Shown here piece by piece: positions 7,675-16,485 of a DNA stretch of 64,000 bases; within the stretch, counting starts at the first letter, position 1; every line of letters begins with the position of its first letter. The translations under genes and the position numbers were made by a program. The notes under the pieces are model-generated. The model was not told where the DNA came from. It searched no databases and saw only the letters and a list, made by a program, of their open reading frames with translations. This stretch comes from an uncultured Ruminococcus sp. (GTDB lineage: Bacteria; Bacillota; Clostridia; Oscillospirales; Acutalibacteraceae). The DNA lies in NCBI GenBank assembly GCA_902763365.1, contig CACWRT010000001.1, positions 20,943-84,942 of the forward strand, read 5' to 3'.

Positions 7675-8538
7675 ATGAAAAAACAGCTTACTGCTATTAT
7701 ACTGATAAGCTCGGTTATAGCCATGATACTTTGCGGCTGTACACAAAAAGCAAATGACTCTTCCGCCGATGAAGGCGCAAATACAGAGAGCGGCAGCAGC
7801 CAGACATCGGGCAATACCGACAGCAGTACAAAAAGCGATGCGTCTTCGGGCAGTTCTGCATCTGACAGTGATAAAAACGCTCAGAACAGTACAGCTGAAA
7901 AAGCTGACGAAAACATCGAAGACGGTAAGGATGCGGTAGTATATGATGAAAACGGTGCTGTAATACAAACACCGACAAAGTATGTGTCTACTACTCAGAT
8001 GACAGTTGACCTATCAGATGAAGTTTTGTCAAAAACGGGGGATAGTCTTCGTCTTGCATTTATTACAAGCAGAAAAGAGCTTGACGATTTCTATAATTCA
8101 AATAAGGATAAGTATTCCCTCGATAAGGTTGACAGCGGAAGTGATTTCAAGACAGCTGTAAAAGATCTGAATGACGTATTCTTTGAATCAAACAATGCTA
8201 TGATAATAGTGCAGTCCTATGATAAGGATAAGGGCGTCGAGATAGGCGATACTCATATTGAGGATAAGGGCGCACTTATAGACATCTATAAAGAAGAACC
8301 CAGAGCACCCGATAAGGCTGCTTATGTGATGAATATCATCTGTTACAGCAAGGATGATATCAGTATAATGCCCGAGGTAAATACTCTTCCTGCGGGTTCG
8401 ATGTATTCCGATGAAAGTGATCCTGATGTGATAGTATATCTTGATGATTCGGAAGATCCTGCCGAAGAGGACGAAGGACCGATATATGTTATAGACGAGG
8501 ACGATAATGTTTCCGTCATAACTTCACAAAGCAGCTGA
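7675..8538 (+). CDS. Lipoprotein, Ser-rich linker, unknown function
   Basis: GGAGGA SD. MKKQLTAIILISSVIAMILCGC is a signal peptide plus lipobox. Confidence 0.75.
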   Translation: MKKQLTAIILISSVIAMILCGCTQKANDSSADEGANTESGSSQTSGNTDSSTKSDASSGSSASDSDKNAQNSTAEKADENIEDGKDAVVYDENGAVIQTPTKYVSTTQMTVDLSDEVLSKTGDSLRLAFITSRKELDDFYNSNKDKYSLDKVDSGSDFKTAVKDLNDVFFESNNAMIIVQSYDKDKGVEIGDTHIEDKGALIDIYKEEPRAPDKAAYVMNIICYSKDDISIMPEVNTLPAGSMYSDESDPDVIVYLDDSEDPAEEDEGPIYVIDEDDNVSVITSQSS

Positions 8539-8570
8539 AACAATAAAAATTTTTTATGAGGTGAATTCCT

Positions 8571-11500
8571 ATGGGGTTGAAAGCATGGTTTAACGGCAGC
8601 AACAGCCGAAGAGAACTTAAAAAGATAAAGCCGATGGTGGATAAGGTATTTGAGCTTGAGGAAAAATATCAGAAATTCACTGACGACGAACTGAGAGCAG
8701 AAACAAAACGTTTCCAGGAAATGTTCAAAACAGAAGAGGAAATGACGGAAAAGAAAAAGGATCAGATTTTTGATGCTATTCTTCCCGAAGCATTTGCAGT
8801 ATGCCGTGAGGCATCATGGCGTGTGCTTGGCATGAAGCATTTCCGTGTACAGGTAATAGGCGGTATCATCCTTCACAGAGGACGTATCAGCGAAATGAAA
8901 ACAGGTGAAGGTAAGACCCTTGTGGCTACCCTTCCCGCATATCTGAATGCACTTGCAGGCGACGGCGTTCATGTTGTTACCGTAAACGAATATCTTGCAA
9001 AGCGTGACGCTGAGTGGATGGGTAAGCTTTATCGTTTCCTCGGACTTACTGTTGGTATACTCCAGCATGACAGTACGAACGAAGAAAGAAAAGCAGCTTA
9101 TAATTCCGATATAACTTATGCTACCAACAATGAGCTGGGTTTCGACTATCTGCGTGATAACATGGTTGTTTATAAGGAAAATAAGGTTCAGAGAGGACAT
9201 ACTTTTGCTATCGTGGATGAGGTAGACTCGATTCTCATAGACGAGGCAAGAACACCGCTTATTATTTCGGGCCAGGGCGATAAGTCGACTGATCTGTATC
9301 AGAAGGCTGACGAACTTGCAAAGACAATGAAATGCAAGAAAATAGCAGAGACTGATGCAAAAGAAGATAATGACGATGAATATATCGAAGAGGGTATAGA
9401 TTACATAGTTGATGAAAAAGCAAAGACAGCTACCCTTACACCTGTAGGTGTAAAGAAGGCTGAAAAATTCTTCGGTGTAGATAACCTTACCGATCCGGAT
9501 AATATTACAATACAGCACCATATCAATCAGGCTATCAAGGCTCATGGTGTTATGAAGCGTGATATTGAATATGTAGTAAATGAAAAAGGCGAAGTAATAA
9601 TCGTTGATGAGTTTACAGGACGTCTTATGTACGGCAGACGTTATAATGAGGGACTGCATCAGGCTATAGAAGCTAAAGAAGGCGTTAAGGTAGAGAGGGA
9701 AAGCAAGACTCTCGCAACTATAACATTCCAGAATTTCTTCCGTCTTTATAAAAAGCTTTCGGGTATGACAGGTACGGCTATGACCGAGGAAACCGAGTTT
9801 TCCGAGATCTATCGTCTTGATGTTATCGAGATACCCACAAACAAGCCGATACAGAGAATTGATCTGCCCGATGTTATTTTCAGAACAGAACAGGGTAAGT
9901 ATGACTGCCTTATCAAAGACATAGAAGAGGCTCACAGCAACGGACAGCCTGTACTTGTAGGTACGATATCAATTGATAAGTCGGAAGAGCTGAGTAAGCT
10001 GCTTAAAAAGAAGGGCATAAAGCATAATGTTCTGAATGCAAAGTTCCATGAAAAGGAAGCAGAGATAGTAGCTCAGGCAGGTAAGCTCGGTGCGGTTACT
10101 ATCGCAACAAACATGGCAGGCCGTGGTACAGATATAAAGCTTGGCGGTAATGAAGAATTCCTTGCAAAGGATGAGATGAGAAAGCTTAATTTCAGCGAGG
10201 AAATGATAAACGAAGCGACAGGCTATGCCGAAACAGACGATCAGGAGATACTTGACGCAAGAAAGAAGTATCAGGAGCTTATTGAAAAGTACAGATCAGA
10301 AATTGAAGTAGAAGCAGATAAGGTAAGAGAAGCAGGCGGTCTTTTCATCATGGGTACTACAAGACATGAGTCAAGACGTATAGATAACCAGCTCAGAGGC
10401 CGTGCAGGACGTCAGGGTGACCCGGGCGCAAGCCGTTTTTACCTTTCAGCAGAGGACGATATACTCAGACTTTTCGCAGGCGACAGGATAAAGAATATTA
10501 TGGATAAGATGCCCGGCGATGATGACGAGCCGCTGGAGAGCAAGCTGCTTACATCCGTTATCGAAAGCGCACAGTCAAAGGTAGAGGGCAGAAACTTCAG
10601 CATACGTAAGAGCGTACTTGAGTACGATGACGTTATGAACCGTCAGAGAGAGATAATCTACGGTCAGAGAGATCAGGTTCTTGATGGCGAGAATCTCAGA
10701 GAGACTATTATGAAAATGATACCCGAAACGGTTGAATCAAAGGTATCGGAATATCTGCCCCATGATGATAAGGATAACTGGAACCTTGAGGGCCTGAGAG
10801 ATGCACTCAAGGGCTGGCTCATACCTGATGATGACGAGGAAACACTCGTATATGATACAGATGAGCTTGAAAGGCTTGAAAAAGAATATCTTGTAACAGA
10901 GCTTTCAAAGATGGGTACAGAGCTTTATGAGAAAAATGAAGCGCTTATACCCGACGAAACAATGCGTGAGCTTGAAAGAGTATATCTTCTCAAGAATGTT
11001 GACCGTTATTGGATGGATCACATTGACGCAATGGATGAGCTCAAAAGAGGTATCCGCCTGCGTTCCTATGGTCAGCATGATCCTGTTGTTGAATATCGTA
11101 TCGAAGGATTTGATATGTTTGACGAGATGATACGTGAGATCCGTGAAGATACAGTAAAGATGCTGCTTGTAGTACCTAAGAAGGTAGCAGAGCGTCTTGC
11201 AGAGCAGGAAAGAATGAGAGAAATGGCAGCTCAGAGAGGCGCTATGAGCAGGGCGAGAGCTGCTGCGCTCAAGGCTGCTGCAAACCTTATGGAAACAGTT
11301 CAGCAGCAGGGCGTGCAGGTAAGAATAGTTGAAGGTGACGCAGCAGAAGAAACGAAAGTACCTGCAAAAGAAGAGCCTGAAACATTTGAAGAAGAGATCC
11401 TTGAGTCGGATAAGCCTGTTGAAAAGGAAGAGAAGAAGGTATCCGAAGAGGACATCAAAAAGGCAGCAGGCAAGTTTATGGAAAGAGAGCAGGTTGCAAA

Positions 11501-11639
11501 GCCCACTTCCACGAATATGGACTCTACAGCAGAATCTGTCAATAAGACAGTCAGAGGTGTAAAGAAGATCGGAAGAAACGATCCCTGCCCATGCGGAAGC
11601 GGAAAGAAATATAAAAAGTGCTGCGGTGCAAAGAAATAA
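8571..11639 (+). CDS. secA: Preprotein translocase ATPase SecA
   Basis: It carries MKTGEGKTL (Walker A), [33 protein letters not shown] and the C-terminal zinc motif [13 protein letters not shown]. It has a long acidic insertion before the C-terminus. Confidence 0.98.
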   Translation: MGLKAWFNGSNSRRELKKIKPMVDKVFELEEKYQKFTDDELRAETKRFQEMFKTEEEMTEKKKDQIFDAILPEAFAVCREASWRVLGMKHFRVQVIGGIILHRGRISEMKTGEGKTLVATLPAYLNALAGDGVHVVTVNEYLAKRDAEWMGKLYRFLGLTVGILQHDSTNEERKAAYNSDITYATNNELGFDYLRDNMVVYKENKVQRGHTFAIVDEVDSILIDEARTPLIISGQGDKSTDLYQKADELAKTMKCKKIAETDAKEDNDDEYIEEGIDYIVDEKAKTATLTPVGVKKAEKFFGVDNLTDPDNITIQHHINQAIKAHGVMKRDIEYVVNEKGEVIIVDEFTGRLMYGRRYNEGLHQAIEAKEGVKVERESKTLATITFQNFFRLYKKLSGMTGTAMTEETEFSEIYRLDVIEIPTNKPIQRIDLPDVIFRTEQGKYDCLIKDIEEAHSNGQPVLVGTISIDKSEELSKLLKKKGIKHNVLNAKFHEKEAEIVAQAGKLGAVTIATNMAGRGTDIKLGGNEEFLAKDEMRKLNFSEEMINEATGYAETDDQEILDARKKYQELIEKYRSEIEVEADKVREAGGLFIMGTTRHESRRIDNQLRGRAGRQGDPGASRFYLSAEDDILRLFAGDRIKNIMDKMPGDDDEPLESKLLTSVIESAQSKVEGRNFSIRKSVLEYDDVMNRQREIIYGQRDQVLDGENLRETIMKMIPETVESKVSEYLPHDDKDNWNLEGLRDALKGWLIPDDDEETLVYDTDELERLEKEYLVTELSKMGTELYEKNEALIPDETMRELERVYLLKNVDRYWMDHIDAMDELKRGIRLRSYGQHDPVVEYRIEGFDMFDEMIREIREDTVKMLLVVPKKVAERLAEQERMREMAAQRGAMSRARAAALKAAANLMETVQQQGVQVRIVEGDAAEETKVPAKEEPETFEEEILESDKPVEKEEKKVSEEDIKKAAGKFMEREQVAKPTSTNMDSTAESVNKTVRGVKKIGRNDPCPCGSGKKYKKCCGAKK

Positions 11640-11740
11640 ATATAAGTTTTCTGCATACAAAGAAAAGGGGGACGGCCGGTATCGGGTCGTTCCCTTTTTT
11701 GGCAGTACATTATTCTGATTTATCATAAAGGGGTAAATTT

Positions 11741-12373
11741 ATGAAAAAAACACATTTAATATTGATCTCAGCTTTGATATTTATAATGCTGTGCGGATGC
11801 GGCGAAGATACGGACAATGAAAAAGATACGGACGATCAGTCTGTTGTAACTGAAAACAGTTCTTCCGTATCGGAAGATAACAGCGGCATACGACCCGTGT
11901 CCTCTTCGCTGACAACTCCGCTGGGCATTGATGAATGGGGCAGCGCAGCAAAATTTTCGGTATCAATGCAGAAATATTATCCCGTGCCTGTACGGATAAC
12001 CTCCGTGATCAAGGGAAAGGATGCGGCAGCTAAGGTAAAACAGTTTATGGATTCATCGGATGAATATGATTATAAAAAGCCCGAAGATGACTATGAATGG
12101 ATTTGCGCAGAATATGAGATGGAGCTTAATGATTTTCCGACGGATGAGGGAGGTACAGATGTATCAATAACATCATTTGTGACTGATAAGGATGGCAAAA
12201 GCATAGAATATGATGGAAAGATCATTTCCGTTACTACAATAAACATGACAGATGACAGCTATTACTATGACGGCACGCATAAAGGCTTGATAGCATATAC
12301 CCTGCCCGAGAAATACAGTGATCAGATCCTTATTCTTGGTGAATACAATGAAACACAAGCCTTTTTCAAGTAG
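11741..12373 (+). CDS. Lipoprotein, unknown function
   Basis: MKKTHLILISALIFIMLCGC signal peptide plus lipobox. AAGGGG SD. Confidence 0.75.
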   Translation: MKKTHLILISALIFIMLCGCGEDTDNEKDTDDQSVVTENSSSVSEDNSGIRPVSSSLTTPLGIDEWGSAAKFSVSMQKYYPVPVRITSVIKGKDAAAKVKQFMDSSDEYDYKKPEDDYEWICAEYEMELNDFPTDEGGTDVSITSFVTDKDGKSIEYDGKIISVTTINMTDDSYYYDGTHKGLIAYTLPEKYSDQILILGEYNETQAFFK

Positions 12374-12590
12374 TAGGTAAATAGTGAGAGCAATTAGCTC
12401 AAAGCGGGTAGCAGTTAGCTCAAAGCATGGCGGCTAAAAGTAATAAACTCTTGAAAATTCTATGGCAGCATAAACTTTATTGCAAAATGAGCGGCTAATA
12501 AAATCTGGCTCCGCAGTTCAAAGCAGATGGCTATTAGCTCAAAGCATGGCGGCTAAAATTTTCTTTGCTAAAAGCTGATTTATTTGTCGC
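12374..12590 (+). repeat. Intergenic repeat module C, with an internal 25-nt perfect direct repeat
   Basis: ttagctcaaagcatggcggctaaaa occurs at 12415-12439 and 12534-12558. The tail ...ttttctttgctaaaagctgatttatttgtcgctg aligns with 20110-20155 and 53410-53448. Confidence 0.8.
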
Positions 12591-12705
12591 TGAGCCGCTC
12601 AGAAAAGCCTGATACGCGGTCAGTACAGTATGAATAGTGAGTTCAGAGCGGATGCGAAGCGGAGCGATACCCGCGTTTAGGGTCCAGCGTCACGCTGGCG
12701 CCGGC
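12591..12705 (+). repeat. Intergenic repeat module A
   Basis: tgagccgctcagaaaagcctgatacgcgg...gttcagagcggatgcgaagcggagcgatacccgcgtttagggtCCAGCGtcaCGCTGGcgccggc. A near copy lies at 20745-20861. Confidence 0.85.
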
Positions 12706-12852
12706 AAAAAATTTGAGAAAGGTATTGTAAAAGTAATGGGGGTTGTAGTATAATAAAGTTGTATGATGTTGGCGTTACAGATATTGAACGCAAAAAATTT
12801 TCAGGATACAATATCGCTCGAGCGGTGTTGCAATACAGGAGGGAGGATCCTT

Positions 12853-13485
12853 ATGAATATTTTAGATAAGGTCGGAGAGGGTCTTGCAACAACAGTAGAT
12901 CTTCTTGTGGAGAAAAACAGACAGATGGCTCAGCTGAACCGTCTTTCAGCTATCATCAAAACTGAGAAAGACATGATAAACCGTGCTTATATTGCACTTG
13001 GCAAGCAGTATTTTTCAATGCTTCAGGGTAATGCCGAGGAAAATGATATGAGTCAGATCTGCGAAGTGATCAAGTTTTCTGAGGAAAGACTTAAAAAAGC
13101 ACAGGCACGTTATGATTATGTAAAGGTCTACGGTGTACCTGCCTCACAGGTTGATACCGTGGATATGATACGCAGCAATGATCAGGAAGAAGCAGAACCT
13201 TCTGAAGAGGCTGCAATTGAGATCGAAGATGAAGGCTCGGATATCACTATAGCTGTAGCAGGTGAAGACGCTGCTGAGGAAACAAAAAGTGAGGAAGCAG
13301 AAGAGAAATCTGCCGATGAATCCGAAGAACAGGAAGAAGCTGCTGCTGATGAAGAAAAGACCGAAGAAACAGCAGAAGCTGATGATAAAACAGTTGCCGA
13401 AAAAGCTGCCGAAACGATCAGTCAGTTCAAAAAAAGACGCAGCCGTAAGGTAGAAAACGACAGCGAAGCCGAAAACGATAACTGA
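12853..13485 (+). CDS. Hypothetical coiled-coil protein with a highly acidic C-terminus (210 aa)
   Basis: GGAGGGAGG SD with ATG at 12853 (MNILDKVGEGL...). The upstream part of the track ORF lies in repeat DNA. Confidence 0.7.
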   Translation: MNILDKVGEGLATTVDLLVEKNRQMAQLNRLSAIIKTEKDMINRAYIALGKQYFSMLQGNAEENDMSQICEVIKFSEERLKKAQARYDYVKVYGVPASQVDTVDMIRSNDQEEAEPSEEAAIEIEDEGSDITIAVAGEDAAEETKSEEAEEKSADESEEQEEAAADEEKTEETAEADDKTVAEKAAETISQFKKRRSRKVENDSEAENDN

Positions 13486-13596
13486 TATTATTGTTAACGC
13501 AAGCGTACAGATCCTATCCGTTCAGGAAGGATACTTTAGATAATGCAATAAAATTATTCGCTGTATTCCCACAGGAAACAGCAGGAGGTAATAAAT

Positions 13597-14319
13597 ATGA
13601 AAGCAATGACTGCTGAGGATAAGAAAAAGGCGCAAAAAAAGTCTGTTACCAATTCCTCAAGAATGAGGGTGAATGAGCGTACAAGGAATCTGGCAATACT
13701 CGGTCTGCTTGCTGCTATCACTATCATTATGGGCTTCACACCGATAGGATATATACCGATAGGTGCGCTTAAAGTTACTTTTATGACGCTGCCTGTCATA
13801 GTTGCGGCTGCTATTTTAAAGCCGAAAGATGCTGCCATTGTCGGAGGAATGTTTGGTCTGACAAGTTTTATACAGGCTGCAACAGGTATGAGTCTGTTGA
13901 CAGGCGCGCTTTTTCAGCTTGATCCGGTACTGACATTTTTACTATGTGTTGTTCCGAGAATATTTGAAGGTCTTCTGGGCGGACTTATCTTTCAGGGACT
14001 GAATAAGATAGATAAGACAAAGTTTGTTTCCTATGTAGTGACAAGCTTGTCTGTTCCCGTGCTGAATACTCTGCTGTTTATGTCGGCTTTGTATGCAGAA
14101 ATAAAGCTGATAGCAGCATCCTCGCCTTCTTTGAACGGATTATCGGAAGATATGGCAGGTACTTTTACGGGAGTTGCCGATAAGGCAGCAGGAGATGTTA
14201 TTCTGTTTTTCGGAGCAATGGTTGGTGTTCAGGCTGTTGTGGAAGCTGTCGTTTGCTTTGCAGTAGGTACAGCTATAACAAAAGCCTTGGCAGTTGCACT
14301 CGGAAAAAAGAAAAAATAA
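13597..14319 (+). CDS. ECF-transporter substrate-specific (S) component, substrate unknown
   Basis: Multi-TM protein with GFTPIGYIPIGALKVTFMTLPVIVAAAILKPKDAAIVGGMFGLTSF, typical of ECF S components. GGAGG SD. Confidence 0.7.
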   Translation: MKAMTAEDKKKAQKKSVTNSSRMRVNERTRNLAILGLLAAITIIMGFTPIGYIPIGALKVTFMTLPVIVAAAILKPKDAAIVGGMFGLTSFIQAATGMSLLTGALFQLDPVLTFLLCVVPRIFEGLLGGLIFQGLNKIDKTKFVSYVVTSLSVPVLNTLLFMSALYAEIKLIAASSPSLNGLSEDMAGTFTGVADKAAGDVILFFGAMVGVQAVVEAVVCFAVGTAITKALAVALGKKKK

Positions 14320-14326
14320 TATGAAA

Positions 14327-14356
14327 ATGACGCTTTGCGCAGGTGCAGAGCGTCAT
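14327..14356 (+). terminator. Stem-loop terminator candidate
   Basis: ATGACGCTTTGC-gcaggt-GCAGAGCGTCAT followed by ttgttg. Confidence 0.5.
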
Positions 14357-14398
14357 TTGTTGAATTTATGACAATTATTGCAGCAAGGGATGAAGAAA

Positions 14399-15364
14399 AT
14401 GAAAGATAAGGTACTGTCAGTTTTAGAATCGCATAATGGATATGTTTCAGGAGAATACCTTAGTAAAATTCTTGGTGTATCACGTACAGCAGTCTGGAAA
14501 GCCATAAACAGACTGCGTGAGGATGGATATGTAATAGACTCTGTAACAAACAGGGGTTATTGTCTGAAAAAGAAGGCTGATCAGCTGAATACGGGACTTA
14601 TTTCGTCAGGGCTTGAAACTTCTGTGGTAGGAACAAGGATAGAGGTAATGAAAACTGTGGACTCCACTAACGAGGAGATCAAGCGCAGAGCAGCCGCAGG
14701 TGAGGAAAGCGGATTGCTTATAGCAGCCGAAAGGCAGACGGGCGGAAAGGGCAGACTGGGGCGTTCCTGGAAATCGGACAGCGGGGGATTATATTTTACG
14801 TTTCTGCTGCGTCCCGAGCTTCCGCCGAATGAGATATCGGGTATAACACTTGCGGCAGGATATGGAGTATGTGTTGCCGTAAGGGAATTCACAGGTCTGG
14901 ACGCAAGAATAAAATGGCCGAATGATATAATTATAGGCAGCAAAAAGATCTGCGGTATACTGACAGAAATGACAGCACAGACTGACCGTGTTGATTTTGT
15001 GGCAGTAGGTATAGGTATTAATGTGAATAACAAGGAATTTCCCGAGGAGATAAAGGACAAAGCTACTTCGTTATATTTAGAAAGCGGTATGGAAATAGAC
15101 AGGAATGATTTTTTATCAGTAGTTATCGGAGATCTTGATATTGCGGCAGGACAGTTTCTCAGCGGTTTTCCGAGGAATATGAAAGAGCATTTCAAAAGTC
15201 TTTGCGCCACACTTGGCAGGAATGTTACTGCGCACAGGGGCGGCAGGATAATAGAAGGCACCGCTGTTGATATAACAGACGAGGGAAATCTTCTCATCCG
15301 TGACAACAGCGGTGAACCGGTTGAAATCAATTCAGGTGAAGTAGTTGTGCAGGGTATTTATTAA
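14399..15364 (+). CDS. birA: Bifunctional biotin-[acetyl-CoA-carboxylase] ligase / transcriptional repressor BirA
   Basis: It has an N-terminal winged HTH (VSGEYLSKILGVSRTAVWKAINRLREDGY) and a ligase core (QTGGKGRLGRSW, KWPNDI, KICGILTE). The start may be 14390 or 14399. Confidence 0.9.
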   Translation: MKDKVLSVLESHNGYVSGEYLSKILGVSRTAVWKAINRLREDGYVIDSVTNRGYCLKKKADQLNTGLISSGLETSVVGTRIEVMKTVDSTNEEIKRRAAAGEESGLLIAAERQTGGKGRLGRSWKSDSGGLYFTFLLRPELPPNEISGITLAAGYGVCVAVREFTGLDARIKWPNDIIIGSKKICGILTEMTAQTDRVDFVAVGIGINVNNKEFPEEIKDKATSLYLESGMEIDRNDFLSVVIGDLDIAAGQFLSGFPRNMKEHFKSLCATLGRNVTAHRGGRIIEGTAVDITDEGNLLIRDNSGEPVEINSGEVVVQGIY

Positions 15365-15397
15365 TTTAAGAATATTGATAGGTTTGATGTTTTGGGA

Positions 15398-16231
15398 TTA
15401 AAGCTTATCTGTGTCAGAAGAACGTCTGCACGGGTGGAAATTATTGTCCGAAGGCTGATCTTTCGGGAAGAACTCGCCTGTCGGGAAGTCTATGCTGCTG
15501 AAAAGCTCACAGGGATCTTCCGAGCTTGCAATACATTCTTTTCTGGGCATACAGAAATCGTAAGAGGGTATCATCATCTGTACATCCCTTTGAAGCTGTA
15601 CTATGGTGAACATACCTATTGATACAAGAACATCTTTTTCGGATTCATTCTGAACAAATTCTCCGCCGTATCTGCGTATAATGCTTTCAGGTATCCTCAG
15701 CGGCGGCATATGGCAGTCGTGATGTCTTTCGAGCCTTGCGGAAAGTGCAACAGGCTCTGCTACCTGAACTATAGCTTTCGGGCAGTTCTGTGATACTTCC
15801 GAAAGACCTTCTGGTGCATCGGGACAGTCAGACGTGTAAATCTTTACGCTGCCTTCGCTGCCGAAAAGTACTGCTCTTTTTGAGAATACAGCAAGACCCT
15901 TTACGGGCATCGGAAGGGCATTGGGTGCCATAAACGCATCAAGTCCAACGTCAAAATAGAATATCATATCAATGGCATAGAAGCCGTTGTGGAACGGAAC
16001 GGGCTGTAAGCTTACGGAAACATTGCAGACATTTACTGTATTGAGCCGCACGCTTGCAGCCTTATCTATAAGGCATTGACCGGGCTTTGTCAGCAGTACC
16101 GGCAGATCCTCAAGACAGTCTTTATCCGAGCAAGAGTCATATATTCTCGGCGCATTTATACAAACTGCCTCTCTCACATGATCAAAACGCAGCTTCTCTT
16201 CTTCATCAGGCATAATTATATTTTCGGGCAT
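15398..16231 (-). CDS. Hypothetical Cys-containing protein (277 aa)
   Basis: AGGAGG SD. The N-terminus reads CINAPRIYDSCSDKDCLEDL. I cannot assign a family with confidence. Confidence 0.65.
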   Translation of the reverse strand: MPENIIMPDEEEKLRFDHVREAVCINAPRIYDSCSDKDCLEDLPVLLTKPGQCLIDKAASVRLNTVNVCNVSVSLQPVPFHNGFYAIDMIFYFDVGLDAFMAPNALPMPVKGLAVFSKRAVLFGSEGSVKIYTSDCPDAPEGLSEVSQNCPKAIVQVAEPVALSARLERHHDCHMPPLRIPESIIRRYGGEFVQNESEKDVLVSIGMFTIVQLQRDVQMMIPSYDFCMPRKECIASSEDPCELFSSIDFPTGEFFPKDQPSDNNFHPCRRSSDTDKL

Positions 16232-16330
16232 AAAACATATCCTCCTAATCTTTTTATTCCAAAGCGTATGAATTTACCCTTGTATCAATATAATATGCCT
16301 TTTTCTTTCTTTCGTTACTTTTCCTCTCTG

Positions 16331-16420
16331 CGCCCCTGCGGAGGGGCTGCCGCCCCTGCACCCTGCCGGGGCGGCAGCCCTGGACCCGCAAGCCTTTGAA
16401 AAGGCCTCTGCGAAACTTTT
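16331..16420 (-). repeat. GC-rich hairpin cluster plus an inverted fragment of the MITE-like element
   Basis: GGCTGCCGCCCC (16345-16356) pairs perfectly with GGGGCGGCAGCC (16368-16379). ggacccgcaagcctttgaaaaggcctctgcgaaacttt is the reverse complement of the left part of 44468-44510 with a few mismatches. Confidence 0.75.
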
Positions 16421-16485
16421 GCGCTTACATTATTTACAGTTTTCTTGACAACTTCGACTTTCACCCTCTGACGGCGGAATAACTA

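Noticed and set aside
7255-7968. A 237-aa minus-strand ORF spanning the end of the 6890 gene and the start of the 7675 lipoprotein gene.
   Set aside because: It overlaps two better-supported plus-strand genes and the intergenic region between them. It is low-complexity and has no SD.
8814-9935. A 373-aa ORF antisense to secA. Similar long antisense ORFs lie at 10905-11726, 35262-36056, 37576-38157, 46151-46729 and 40568-41125.
   Set aside because: They lie opposite genes with unambiguous motif support. They have Cys/Phe/Ile/Leu/Tyr-rich compositions typical of antisense frames in AT-rich DNA. They have no SD sequences.
13486-13596. A BirA operator or riboswitch upstream of the ECF S-component gene that precedes birA.
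   Set aside because: Only one TTGTTAAC-like half-site (about 13489-13497) is present, with no inverted partner at the expected spacing. The 110-nt leader is too short and lacks the conserved cores of the FMN, THF, preQ1 or TPP riboswitches as I remember them.
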